This document shows positions 11,031 to 21,002 of a stretch of 64,000 nucleotides of DNA, piece after piece (positions within the stretch are counted from its first letter, which is position 1; each line of letters opens with the position of its first letter). The DNA is from an uncultured Chloroflexia bacterium (GTDB taxonomy: Bacteria; Chloroflexota; Limnocylindria; Limnocylindrales; CSP1-4): the NCBI GenBank assembly GCA_963748625.1, contig CAVVJT010000003.1, forward strand, positions 64,001 to 128,000, given 5' to 3'. A program made the position numbers and the translations under genes. The notes under the pieces are model-generated. The model was not told the origin of the DNA. It did no database searches and saw only the letters and a list, made by a program, of their open reading frames with translations.

Positions 11031-11653
11031 CCGAGCGATCCCTTGGTGCTTGCGACACCGGTCCGCCGTGGATCCGCCTCGCACGCGATGCGCAGCGCGC
11101 GCCCGAGCGCCTTGAAGGCTGCCTCGCCCAGGTGGTGGTCGTTGCGGCCCGAGCCGCGCAGGTTGAGCGTGGCTCCCGCGGTCCGCGTGAACGACTCGAG
11201 AGCATGCTCGACCAGTTGCAGCGGGAGCGTGCCAGCACGCTCGGCCCGGAACGGCAGGTCGATCACGGCGTAGGGTCTGCCACCGATGTCGATCACCGCT
11301 GTGGCCACGGCCTCGTCCATCGGCACGGCGCTGTCGCCGAACCGGCGGATGCCCGCCCGATCGCCCAGCGCCTCGGAGAAGGCGGCGCCGAGCACGAGGG
11401 CGGTGTCCTCCACGGTGTGATGCTCGTCCACCTGGAGGTCACCGGCGCACCGGATCTCCAGGTCGAACAATCCGTGGTGGGCCATCGATCCCAGGAGGTG
11501 GTCATAGAAGCCGACGCCCGTGGCGATGTCGGCCTTGCCACTGCCATCGAGGTCGAGGGCGACGGTGATATCGGTCTCGCGCGTGCGACGTGCCACGCGG
11601 ACGCGGCGGCCCTCGCGCTCGAGCACGTCGAGCGTGCCCAGGGGCGTGGTCAT
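11027..11653 (-). CDS. hisB: Imidazoleglycerol-phosphate dehydratase
   Basis: RRTRETDI, GDLQVDEHHTVED, NDHHLGEAAFKALG, STKGSL. Confidence 0.97.
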   Translation of the reverse strand: MTTPLGTLDVLEREGRRVRVARRTRETDITVALDLDGSGKADIATGVGFYDHLLGSMAHHGLFDLEIRCAGDLQVDEHHTVEDTALVLGAAFSEALGDRAGIRRFGDSAVPMDEAVATAVIDIGGRPYAVIDLPFRAERAGTLPLQLVEHALESFTRTAGATLNLRGSGRNDHHLGEAAFKALGRALRIACEADPRRTGVASTKGSLG

Positions 11654-12819
11654 GCGGGATCTCCTGAGACGGGGATGGCGGGCAGGGTGGGAGCGATCTC
11701 GGCTGCGGCCGCAAGGAAGCGGTCGTTCTCCTCCGGATCGCGCACGGTGATGCGGATGCAATGCGCAAGGGGGTGGCCGGCGCCGAAGGTGCGCGGGACG
11801 AGGCCCCGGGCCATCAGGGCCAGGGCCGCGGCCTCGGAACGCTGCGGCGTGGCGAGGTCGAGCAGGATGAAGTTCGTCACGCTGGGCTGCGGATCCCAGC
11901 CGAGCGCGGCGAGCCCGCGCGCAACCCGCGGCAGCTCCCGTTCGACGCGGTCCACGTTGGCGTGCATCGCGTCCTGCTCCTCGAGGGCGGCCGTCACCGC
12001 GGTGACGGACACCGTGCTGATCGAGCCCGGGGGCCGGTAGAGCGCGATGCGCTCGATGGTCGCGGGCACTCCGACGGCGAACCCGACACGCAAGCCGGCG
12101 AGCGCGTAGGCCTTCGAGGCTGTGCGCACGGCGACGAGGTTCGGGAAGCGGGTCCGGAGCGGGATCACCGACACGCCGGTGAACTCGCTGTAGGCCTCGT
12201 CAACGACAACGGCCGGTACCGCGCGGCCATCGGCGGCGGCGTCGGCTGCGATGCCCTCGAGCAGGGACTCGATGGCGCCGGCGGGCTCGAGGCGTCCCGT
12301 GGGATTGTTCGGGTTGCAGATCCAGACGAGGCTCGCATCCCTCGCGGCCACCCGCACGGCGGGCACGTCCATGGCCCAGCCCGCGTCCTTGCCCAGCCGC
12401 TGTACCGCGATCACCCGTCCTCCTCGCTGCTCGGCGTGGATCCGGTACATGGCATATGTGGGCACCGAGACCACCGCGCCCGCCCCGGCGGGCAGGAACG
12501 CCTTGGTGCAGAGGTCCAGGATCTCGTCGGCGCCGGCGCCCGGGACGATCTCGTCAGAGGCGACGCCGTAGACCTTGGCCGCAGCCTCCACGAGCCTGCG
12601 ATAGTCCCCGGGCGGGTACTCGGACAGGGGCGTCTCGAACCGGCCGGCCTGGAGCACCCGCGCCAGGAGGTCCGGCGGAGAAGGCGATGTGTTGAGATCG
12701 AAGCGGAGGACTTGCTCGATCGGGATGCCGAACCGGGCGGCGACGCTCTCGTTGGTCGCCTCCCAGGCATAGGAGGCCGGGTCGGTCGGCGAGGTCACCG
12801 CGAACGGGCTCGTGGTCAT
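11650..12819 (-). CDS. hisC: Histidinol-phosphate aminotransferase
   Basis: GADEIL, CNPNNPTG, DEAYSEF, RTASKAYALAGLRVG. Confidence 0.94.
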   Translation of the reverse strand: MTTSPFAVTSPTDPASYAWEATNESVAARFGIPIEQVLRFDLNTSPSPPDLLARVLQAGRFETPLSEYPPGDYRRLVEAAAKVYGVASDEIVPGAGADEILDLCTKAFLPAGAGAVVSVPTYAMYRIHAEQRGGRVIAVQRLGKDAGWAMDVPAVRVAARDASLVWICNPNNPTGRLEPAGAIESLLEGIAADAAADGRAVPAVVVDEAYSEFTGVSVIPLRTRFPNLVAVRTASKAYALAGLRVGFAVGVPATIERIALYRPPGSISTVSVTAVTAALEEQDAMHANVDRVERELPRVARGLAALGWDPQPSVTNFILLDLATPQRSEAAALALMARGLVPRTFGAGHPLAHCIRITVRDPEENDRFLAAAAEIAPTLPAIPVSGDPA

Positions 12820-14177
12820 CGGTTCTCCTCCGCGGCCGCGTCTTGCTCGAAACGCACCTCCACCGCGTCACGGTGGGCAAGGAGGCCCTCGGCCTCCGCG
12901 AGGGTGCGGATGGACGGGCGCAGCGCCGCAAGGCCCTCGCGGGTGATGCGCTGCACCTGGTTGAACTTGCCGAACGTCTCCACGGCGAGCGGCCCGCAGC
13001 TGCGGGCGAGGCCGCCCGTGGGCAGGACGTGGTTGGCGCCCGACGCATAGTCACCGGCCGACTCGGGCGACCAGCGGCCCACGAAGATGGAGCCCGCGTT
13101 GCGGATCGCGCCGACGGCTGCCTCAAGATCCTCAACCTCCACCGAGAGGTGCTCGGGTCCATAGCCGTTGACGAAGTCGATACCGCTGGCCACGTCGGGC
13201 ACGAGGACGATGCGCCCGTGGTCGGCGAGGGCCTTGGCGAGGATGTCCCGGCGCAGCGCAGTCGCGAGCCGCCGGTTCACCTCCGCCTCGACAGCGTCGG
13301 CGAGCGCGACATCCGGCGTGACCAGGAGGGCGGGGGAGTCCACGCCATGCTCAGCCTGCGTGATGAGGTCGGCAGCGACGGTGGCGGCGTCTGCGGAGGC
13401 ATCGGCCAGGACCAGGCCTTCCGACGGTCCGGCGGGGAGATCGATGCCCACCTCACCGACGACCTCGATCTTGGCAGCGGTCACCCAGGCGGACCCGGGG
13501 CCAACGATCAGGTCCACGGGCTCGAGGCCGTCGTCGGGCAGGCCGTATGTGAGCGCACCGATCGCCTGGACACCACCTGCGACCAGCAGGGCATCCACGC
13601 CGAGGAGGCCTGCGGCGCCCAGCAGCACCGGGTGGACATTGCCCTCGCGATCGGCGGGGGATGCGACCACGACCGCACCCACGCCCGCGACCCGAGCCGG
13701 GACGACGGTCATGACCAGGGACGAGGGATAGGGCGCGGAGCCGCCAGGCACGTAGGCGCCCGCACGCGCGACCGGCATCCACCGGCGCTCCAGCTCCACG
13801 CCCGGGATGATCGTCGTGCGCTGGGAGTGGGGGCGCTGAGCCTCGGCGAACCGGCGCACGTTGGCGATGGCCACCTCGAGCGCGGCCCGCTCCGCTGGCC
13901 GGAGGGCATCGGCGGCAGCGAGGAGCTCGTGGCGACTGAGCAGCAGCCGGCCGTCGGGGCGCCCGCCGCCGAAGCGGGCGGAGGCCTCACGCACGGCGGT
14001 GGCGCCACGCTCGCGCACGTCGGCAAGGATGCGGCGCGTCGCCTCGCGGACGGCAGGATCAGGCACGGCGCCGCGGCGGAAGAGGGCATCGCGGGCGGCG
14101 AGCACGGCCTGGTCGGGGTCACGCAGGTCCAGGCGCGCGAGGCGGACGGTCGGTGCGGTGGAGGCGCCGTCGGTCAT
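12816..14177 (-). CDS. hisD: Histidinol dehydrogenase
   Basis: GAYVPGG..YPSS, IDLPAGPSE, QAEH, PEHL, GDYASGANHVLPT. Confidence 0.97.
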   Translation of the reverse strand: MTDGASTAPTVRLARLDLRDPDQAVLAARDALFRRGAVPDPAVREATRRILADVRERGATAVREASARFGGGRPDGRLLLSRHELLAAADALRPAERAALEVAIANVRRFAEAQRPHSQRTTIIPGVELERRWMPVARAGAYVPGGSAPYPSSLVMTVVPARVAGVGAVVVASPADREGNVHPVLLGAAGLLGVDALLVAGGVQAIGALTYGLPDDGLEPVDLIVGPGSAWVTAAKIEVVGEVGIDLPAGPSEGLVLADASADAATVAADLITQAEHGVDSPALLVTPDVALADAVEAEVNRRLATALRRDILAKALADHGRIVLVPDVASGIDFVNGYGPEHLSVEVEDLEAAVGAIRNAGSIFVGRWSPESAGDYASGANHVLPTGGLARSCGPLAVETFGKFNQVQRITREGLAALRPSIRTLAEAEGLLAHRDAVEVRFEQDAAAEENR

Positions 14178-15034
14178 GGGAGGATCTTCTCGATGGGCAG
14201 GACGAGGATGCCGGAAGCGCCCGCAGCCTTGAGGCGCGGCAGCAGGCCCCAGACCTCGTCGGCGGCGACGACAGCATGGATCGCGATCATCCCGGCATGC
14301 GCGAGCGGGATCACGGACGGGGACTCGAGGCCTGGCAGGAGGTCCTCGAGCTCGGCCAGCTTGGTTGCCGGGGCGTTCATCATCAGGTACTTGCGACCGC
14401 GGGCCGCGATGACGGAGCCCAGCATCGTCACGATGCCGTCGAGCTCATCGGGGTGCTGGCGGGCGGCCGCCGGGCTCGTGAGGAGCACCGCCTCGGACGC
14501 AAGGATGTCGCCGATCGCGCGCAGGCCGTTCATGGCCAAGGTGGAGCCCGTCGAGACGAGGTCCACGATCCCGTCCGCGAGTCCCAGCCGCGGTGCAACC
14601 TCGACGGCACCGGACAGGGAGATCACCTCGACGGAGATCCCCTGGTCGGCGAAGAACGTCCGGGCGACGTGGGGGTGCGAGGTGGCGATCCTGGTGCCCC
14701 CGAGGTCGGCGATGGCCTCGTAGGGGGAGTCCGCCGGCACAGCGGCGGCGAGACGGCACCGCCCGTAGCCAAGACGCCGGAGGACCGGGAGCTCGATCCC
14801 ACTCTCGGCAAGGATGTCGCCGCCGGTGATGCCGGCCTCCGCGACCCCGTCGTTGACGAACTCGATCACGTCGCCGGTGCGGACGAAGAGGATGTCGAGC
14901 GGGTGGTTCTGCACGCGCGCCATGAGGCTGCGGTCGGAGGCCTCGAACACCAGCCCCGCATCGCGCAGGAGGGTGATCGTGGCTTCCTGGAGGCGGCCCT
15001 TGTTGGGAACCGCCAGGCGCAGGCGATCCCTCAT
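14174..15034 (-). CDS. hisG: ATP phosphoribosyltransferase (long form)
   Basis: LAVPNKGRL, GAVEVAP.LGLADGIVDLVSTGSTL, C-terminal regulatory domain. Confidence 0.96.
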   Translation of the reverse strand: MRDRLRLAVPNKGRLQEATITLLRDAGLVFEASDRSLMARVQNHPLDILFVRTGDVIEFVNDGVAEAGITGGDILAESGIELPVLRRLGYGRCRLAAAVPADSPYEAIADLGGTRIATSHPHVARTFFADQGISVEVISLSGAVEVAPRLGLADGIVDLVSTGSTLAMNGLRAIGDILASEAVLLTSPAAARQHPDELDGIVTMLGSVIAARGRKYLMMNAPATKLAELEDLLPGLESPSVIPLAHAGMIAIHAVVAADEVWGLLPRLKAAGASGILVLPIEKILP

Positions 15035-15357
15035 CGCTCGGTGCCGAGTGGGTAGGGGGTCTCGCCGGTGGCGCCCTTGAAGCGCTCGAGCATCGCCCGA
15101 TAGCCCCCTTCGCCGTGGTTGAGCCACGAGGCGATGCGGGTGATGGTGGCGGTGCTCGCGCCGGTCCTCTTGGAGATGTCGGCGTAGTGGAGGCCGGCGT
15201 CGAGCATGCGGACGACCGCCCAGCGCTGGGCCATGTCATGCAGCTCGCCGAGCGTGCACAGGTCACGCAGGAAGGCCTCAGCACCCTCGCGCGAGTCGAG
15301 GCGCAGGATCGCCTCAACGAGCGCCTCGGTGTCCGGCGTCCGCCAGTCTTCAGCCAC
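15031..15357 (-). CDS. YerC/YecD (TrpR-like) transcriptional regulator, probable histidine operon repressor (HisR)
   Basis: FLRDLCT..EL..MAQRWAVVRML...Y..I...TGASTATITRI..WL..GEGGY; first gene of the his operon. Confidence 0.9.
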   Translation of the reverse strand: MAEDWRTPDTEALVEAILRLDSREGAEAFLRDLCTLGELHDMAQRWAVVRMLDAGLHYADISKRTGASTATITRIASWLNHGEGGYRAMLERFKGATGETPYPLGTER

Positions 15358-15430
15358 GGGTCTGTCCAGCCTCCACGGTGCTCCGATGCTTGAGGTTGTG
15401 CATGTCCGACACTGTCGGACCGCAGAGTGA

Positions 15431-15464
15431 CATGCTACCGTAGTAGCGTAGTAAAACGCTAGCA
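15431..15464. promoter_or_regulatory. Candidate tandem operator in the divergent yerC/hisA promoter
   Basis: Overlapping inverted repeats GCTAC-N4-GTAGC and TAGCGT-N6-ACGCTA; TAGTA repeated with 8-bp period. Confidence 0.55.
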
Positions 15465-15476
15465 CATGGGGACTGC

Positions 15477-16226
15477 GTGCCGTCGTTCGAGATTCTGCCC
15501 GCGATCGACCTGATCGGTGGCCGGGTCGTCCGCCTGCGCCAGGGCGACTTTGCCCAGGAGACGTCGTACGACGATGATCCCGTCGGCGTCGCCCGCGGCT
15601 TCGCCGACGCCGGCGCGACGTGGCTCCACGTGGTGGACCTGGACGGCGCGCGGGCAGGGGAGCCGCGCCAGCTGGAGCTGCTTGCGGGCCTCGTCGCGGA
15701 GGTCCAAGGGCGCGTGCACGTGGAGGTTGGGGGCGGCCTCCGTACCGCGCAGGCGGTTGCCGGCGCGCTCGGCGCCGGGGTCAGTCGGGCGGTGGTCGGC
15801 ACGGCGGCTCTGCGGGATCCCGGCTTTGCCAGCGAGATTGTCGCCCGTCACGGTGCGGATCGCGTTGTCGCTTCCATCGACGTCCGCGACGGGTTCGCGC
15901 TCGGTGAGGGGTGGCGGGAGGGCGCTCCGGGCGTCCCCGTCGAAGCGGCCGTCGCGATGCTGGCTGCTGCTGGGATCACCACCTTCGAGGTGACGGCCAT
16001 CGAGCGCGACGGCCTTCTGAACGGCCCGGACGTCGAGCTCCTGCGGATGCTCGTCGCCCTCGATCGCGGCCGGATCATCGCGTCCGGCGGCATCGCGTCC
16101 ATCGACGACGTCATCGCCGTCCAGGCCGCGGGCTGCCAGGGGGCGATCGTGGGCCGCGCGCTGTACGAGGGCCGGATCGACCTCGCCACCCTGGTCAGGG
16201 AACTGCGCGGTCCCGAGGACGCCTAG
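15477..16226 (+). CDS. hisA: ProFAR isomerase
   Basis: ILPAIDL..GRVVRL.QG, LHVVDLDGA, EVGGGLR, TAIERDG, IASGG, GRALYEG. Confidence 0.96.
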   Translation: MPSFEILPAIDLIGGRVVRLRQGDFAQETSYDDDPVGVARGFADAGATWLHVVDLDGARAGEPRQLELLAGLVAEVQGRVHVEVGGGLRTAQAVAGALGAGVSRAVVGTAALRDPGFASEIVARHGADRVVASIDVRDGFALGEGWREGAPGVPVEAAVAMLAAAGITTFEVTAIERDGLLNGPDVELLRMLVALDRGRIIASGGIASIDDVIAVQAAGCQGAIVGRALYEGRIDLATLVRELRGPEDA

Positions 16227-16268
16227 CTCGGCGATCGCCCGGGCCCCGCACCCCGTCTGAACGAGGAT

Positions 16269-16294
16269 GAGCCCCCGGCCGTGGCCAGGGGCTC
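16269..16294. terminator. GC-rich hairpin between convergent hisA and fusA2
   Basis: GAGCCCC-CGGCC..GGCCA-GGGGCTC inverted repeat; no U tract. Confidence 0.45.
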
Positions 16295-16318
16295 GCGTGC
16301 TGGTGATGCTCCCGAAGG

Positions 16319-18398
16319 TCAGTGGCCTTCGGGATGGTGGTCCTTCTTGTGGGCCTCGATGATCTTCTCGGCGAGGTTGCCCGGGACGTCCTCGTAGTGG
16401 TCGAGCACCGCGCTGAACGTGCCTCGCCCAGCAGTCAGGCTCCGCAGCTCGGTGGCATACGAGAAGAGCTCCGCCTGGGGCACATGGGCGCTGATGATCT
16501 GCACCCCGTCAGCGAGGTCCATACCCAGCACGCGGCCACGCCGGCCGTTGAGGTCACGGTTGACCTCGCCCATGTACTGCTCCGGGATCCGGACCTCCAC
16601 GGTCATGATCGGCTCGAGGAGCACCGGCTTGGCCAGGAGCACGCCGTCCTTGAGGGCCAATGACGCGGCGAGCTTGAACGAGAGCTCGTTCGAGTCAACC
16701 GGGTGGAAGGAGCCGTCGTACCAGGGTGGCCTTGAAGTCATCGAGCGGGTAGCCCGCCAGCACGCCTTCGGCCGCGGTCTCGCGGATGCCCTTCTCGATA
16801 CCCGGGAAGAAGTTCTTGGGCACCGACCCGCCGACGACCTTCTCCGCGAACTCGACACCCTGCGCCGGGTTCGGCTCGAGCTCGATCCAGACGTCGCCGA
16901 ACATGCCGTGCCCGCCGGTCTGCTTCTTGTAGCGGCCGTGCACCTTGGTGGTACCGCGGATCGTCTCGCGATAGGCGACCCTCGGCGTGCGCGTGGCGAT
17001 CGCCGCCCCGAACTTGCGCTTGAGGCGGTCGCAGATGACGGCCACGTGCGCCTCGCCGACGGCGCGCAGGATCTGCTCGCCGGTCCCGGAGCGCTCGACC
17101 CGCGCGCACGGCTCCTCCTCCAGCATCCGCTGGAGCGCCGGGCCCATCTTGTCAAGGTCCGCCTTGGAGACGGGATCGATGGCCACCTGCAGCGTGGGAT
17201 CCGGGAAGGAGATGGGGCCGAGCTTGAGAGCGGCGTCGCGCGTCGACAGCGTGTCGCCGGTCTCCGTGAGGCCCAGCTTGGCGACGGCGCCGATCTCGCC
17301 TGCGCGCAGCTCGGCGGCAGCCTCCTGCTCCTTGCCGTGGAGGAAGAGCAACTGGCCGATGCGCTCGTCCTCACCCTTGCTCGCATTGAAGATGACGCCC
17401 TGGCTCTTGAGGGTGCCCGACAGGACGCGCAGGTAGGTGAGGCGCCCCACGAACGGGTCGGCTGCCGTCTTGAACACGCGCACGAGGAGCTGGCTGCTCT
17501 CGGCCGGGACCTCGACATCCTTGCCAGCCTTGTCGGTGGCGGCGAACGGGCCCTCCTCCTCGGGGGAGGGAAGGTACCGCACGAGGGCGTCGAGCAGGGC
17601 GTTGAGCCCGATCCCCTTGGCCGCGGACGCGACGAGCACGGGCGCAAGGACGGAGTTGCGCACGCCCTTGTGCAGGCACGCGTCGAGCTCGGCGTCGGTG
17701 ATCTCCTCCTCGGCCAGGTACTTCTCGAACACGGCGTCGTCAGCCTCGGCCGCAGCCTCGAGGAGCTGGTCACGGCGCGTCGCGACCTCGTCGGCCATGT
17801 CGGCCGGGATCGGGATCTCGACCTCCGTGCCTCCCTCGAGCCTGTAGGCCTTGCGGTGGACCAGGTCCACGTAACCGCTGAACGTGTCGGCGGCGCCGAT
17901 GGTCAGGTGGAGCGGGGCGACCTTGTTGCCGAAGGCAGCCCGCAGCTCGTCGAGCACGCGCAGCGGGTCCGCATTCTCACGGTCGCACTTGTTGATGACG
18001 AAGCAGGCCGCCGTGCCGGTGGTCCGACCGGTCTTCACGGCCGTCTCGAGTCCGGACTCCACGTGGCCGGAGGCATCGACCACGAAGACGGCGGCATCCG
18101 CGGCATGGAACCCCGAGATCACCTCGCTGATGAAGTCGGGGTAGCCGGGGGTGTCCACGAGCGTGATCTCGTGCTCGCCGTGCTCGAACGTGCCTACCGC
18201 GAGCGACAGCGACCGGTGCTGCTTCTGCTCCTCTGGCTCGAAGTCCAGGTGCGCGGTCCCGTCATCGACCCTGCCCAACCGGGGGATGGCACCGGCCCGG
18301 AACATGACCTGCTCCGCAAGGGTCGTCTTTCCGCTCCCGGCGTGGCCGGCGAGCACGACGCTGCGGATGTGGGCGAGATCGTGGCTCTTCAACGTCAT
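16319..18398 (-). CDS. fusA2: Elongation factor G paralog (EF-G2 type); one-base frameshift near 16721
   Basis: GHAGSGKTT, DTPGYPDF, NKCD, YKKQTGGHGMFG; FKATL continues as YDGSFHPVDS in another frame; lacks canonical RGITI. Confidence 0.9.
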
Positions 18399-18753
18399 CG
18401 CGCGCGAATCCTCTCGATGGGCTCCCGGTTGGCCGGCATCCCGGCCGCGCGGGGACAGCGTGGCGTATGTGCGCAGGCAGATGCCCGATCGGGCCCTCGC
18501 AGCCGGGTTGCGGCCCGGCGGCGGATCCCTTGCCGCCGATGATAGTCGGTATTCGATCGCGCCCGGACCCCTCGGACAACCCCTCGGAACCGGCGCCGGC
18601 CCGCGGGATGGGCGCGTGACCGCGAGCCTGGTGACGTTCGCCACTTCCGCTGGCAGGTCCGAGCCACGATGCTCCGTGACCGAGGATCGCAGATGACTCC
18701 GGCGTCGCCGGGGCGGACTCCCCCGGACCTGTCGGAGCACGGCGTCCGGCCTA

Positions 18754-18933
18754 GTGCCCAACGGGACTGTGTTCAGCGGAACGTCATCGGCGACCTGGTT
18801 CGGGGACGGCCAGACCCTCACTGCCGGTGGCGCCGTCGGCCTGGGCGGTGACCGGCGTCTCGATGTCTATGCCGGGGGGACCTCAGGATCGAAGACCCAG
18901 TTCACCGTGGACATCACCGGCTACTACCGCTGA
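18754..18933 (+). pseudogene. Probable gene remnant: C-terminal half of a secreted-protein beta-sandwich repeat (…TQFTVDITGYYR)
   Basis: Manual translation VPNGTVFSGTSSATWFGDGQTLTAGGAVGLGGDRRLDVYAGGTSGSKTQFTVDITGYYR*; no signal peptide or clear RBS. Confidence 0.5.
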
Positions 18934-18954
18934 CCACTCGGTATACTCCGGCCG

Positions 18955-19704
18955 ATGTCAGGACATTCCAAGTGGTCAACGATCAAGCGCCAGAAGGGCG
19001 TCAACGACTCCAAGCGCAGCGCCATGTTCACCAAGGTCGCCCGCGAGATCGCGGTTGCGGCGAGGGCTGGCGGCGGTGACCCCGACGCCAACTACCGTCT
19101 TCGCCTGGCCGTGGACAAGGCGCGCTCGATCAACATGCCCCTTGACAACATCAAGCGGGCCATCGAGAAGGCGACGGGTGGAGGCGAGGCCGAGCAGTTC
19201 GAGGAGATCGTCTACGAGGGCTATGGCCCGGGCGGCATCGCAGTCCTGGTCGAGGCGGCGACCGACAACCGCAATCGGACTGCGGCCGAGGTTCGCTCGA
19301 TCTTCACCAAGTCCGGCGGCCAGCTCGCCGCATCGGGTGCCGTCGCGTGGCAGTTCGAGCAGCGCGGGCTGATCACGATCGACCGGGCCCCCAACGACCC
19401 GGATGAGATCGCCCTGGCCGCAATCGACGCCGGCGCCGCCGACGTGGACACCGAGGCCGACCCGATCGAGATCTGGACCGAGGCGTCTGAGCTGTTCACG
19501 GTGCGCAAGGCTCTCGAGGACGCCGGCTACAAGGTCGAGGATGCCGAATCCGCGATGGTCGCCAAGCAGACGACGGTTCTCGATGCCGGCCACTTCCGGA
19601 AGGTGATGCGGATCGTGGACTCGCTCGAGGAGCTCGACGACGTCCAGCGCGTCACCACCAATGCGGACATCCCGGAGGAGCTCCTGGCCGAGTTCAGCGA
19701 GTGA
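18955..19704 (+). CDS. yebC: YebC/PmpR family protein
   Basis: MSGHSKWSTIKRQK, YEGYGPGG, TDNRNRT, LEELDDVQ. Confidence 0.97.
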   Translation: MSGHSKWSTIKRQKGVNDSKRSAMFTKVAREIAVAARAGGGDPDANYRLRLAVDKARSINMPLDNIKRAIEKATGGGEAEQFEEIVYEGYGPGGIAVLVEAATDNRNRTAAEVRSIFTKSGGQLAASGAVAWQFEQRGLITIDRAPNDPDEIALAAIDAGAADVDTEADPIEIWTEASELFTVRKALEDAGYKVEDAESAMVAKQTTVLDAGHFRKVMRIVDSLEELDDVQRVTTNADIPEELLAEFSE

Positions 19705-20342
19705 TCGTCCTCGGGATCGACCCCGGGACCGCCGCCCTCGGCTACGGCGTGGTGGAGCGGAAGGGGTCCAGCCTCCGTGCCGTCGATTTCGGCTGCGTCA
19801 CAACCAGCCCCGACGTCCCCCTGCCCGAGCGTCTCGCGGTGATCCACGCCCACGTGGCGGAGCTCGTGGAGACGCACCACCCCGACATCCTGGGCGTGGA
19901 GCGACTGTTCTTCTCGCGCAATGCCCAGTCCGCCTTCGGCGTGGGCCAGGCGCGCGGCGTCGTGCTGCTGGCCGCGGCGCAGGCGGGGATCCCTGTCCGC
20001 GAGGCAACGCCCAACGAGATCAAGGTTGCCGTGACGGGCTACGGCAATGCCGACAAGGAGCAGGTCGGGCGGATGGTGGCGGTGATCCTGGAGCTGGCCG
20101 AGGTGCCCACGCCTGACGACGCCGCGGACGCCCTCGCCTGCGCGATCTGCATCGCGAACGCCGAGCGGCCCGGTGATCGCATCAACGCAGGGACGGCGCG
20201 CGCGACCGTGCTCGATCGAGCCGCGGTCGCACCGATCACACGCGGGGAGACGGCGTACGAGCAGGCCATCCGCGAGGCACTCCAGGCCGAGGCGAACGCC
20301 ACCGGCACCAAGCGCGCCGGCACGCGCACCACGAAGCGCTAG
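19701..20342 (+). CDS. ruvC: Holliday junction resolvase RuvC
   Basis: LGIDPG..GYGVV, E.LFF, GQARG, GYGNADKEQV, DDAADALA. Confidence 0.96.
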   Translation: MIVLGIDPGTAALGYGVVERKGSSLRAVDFGCVTTSPDVPLPERLAVIHAHVAELVETHHPDILGVERLFFSRNAQSAFGVGQARGVVLLAAAQAGIPVREATPNEIKVAVTGYGNADKEQVGRMVAVILELAEVPTPDDAADALACAICIANAERPGDRINAGTARATVLDRAAVAPITRGETAYEQAIREALQAEANATGTKRAGTRTTKR

Positions 20343-20361
20343 CAGCCGAGGGGACCAGGTC

Positions 20362-20955
20362 GTGATCGCCTCCGTCGAAGGCGTCGTGGGCGCCATCGCC
20401 GCCGACTCGCTGGTCATCGAGACCGGCGGGATCGGCTACCGCGTCTTCACGGCGCCCGCCGTCATCTCCACGGCCACCAGCGGCGGCCGCCTCAAACTGC
20501 ACACCTACCACCTCGTCCGCGAGGACCAGCAGGCGCTGTTCGGTTTCCGCACGTCGGAGGAGCTGGGGTTCTTCAATCTTCTGCTCACCGTGACGGGGGT
20601 CGGACCGAAGGTCGCGCTGGCGATCGTGGGTTCGCGCCCGACGGCCGACCTGCAGCTCGCGATCCTCCAGCAGGATCAGGCCGTGCTGACGTCGATCCCG
20701 GGCATCGGCAAGAAGACGGCCGAGCGGATCATCTTCGAGCTCAAGGAGAAGGTGTCGGCCGCCGGCGTGGCCGCCGGAAGCGCGGGCTCCATGGTCACGG
20801 CATCCGAGAACGAGGTTGTGGCTGCGCTCCAGGCGCTGGGCTACTCGATTGGGGAGGCGCGCGAGGCGTCGCGCCTGGCCGTCGGGGATCCAGCCGTCGG
20901 CCCAGGCCTCGAGGAGCGCGTGAAAGCGGCCCTGCGCACCCTGCTGCGGGGCTGA
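20362..20955 (+). CDS. ruvA: Holliday junction DNA-binding protein RuvA
   Basis: GGIGY, VREDQQALFGF, VTGVGPK, IPGIGKKTAERIIFELK, ALQALGY. Confidence 0.96.
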   Translation: MIASVEGVVGAIAADSLVIETGGIGYRVFTAPAVISTATSGGRLKLHTYHLVREDQQALFGFRTSEELGFFNLLLTVTGVGPKVALAIVGSRPTADLQLAILQQDQAVLTSIPGIGKKTAERIIFELKEKVSAAGVAAGSAGSMVTASENEVVAALQALGYSIGEAREASRLAVGDPAVGPGLEERVKAALRTLLRG

Positions 20956-21002
20956 GCGGCGGGCAGCCCGCCGACCGCCCACAGACGGCGTAGCATCCCC
21001 GG

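Noticed and set aside
16700-16740. Programmed frameshift in EF-G2
   Set aside because: No slippery sequence seen; a single extra G, like the other indels including one in essential pheT
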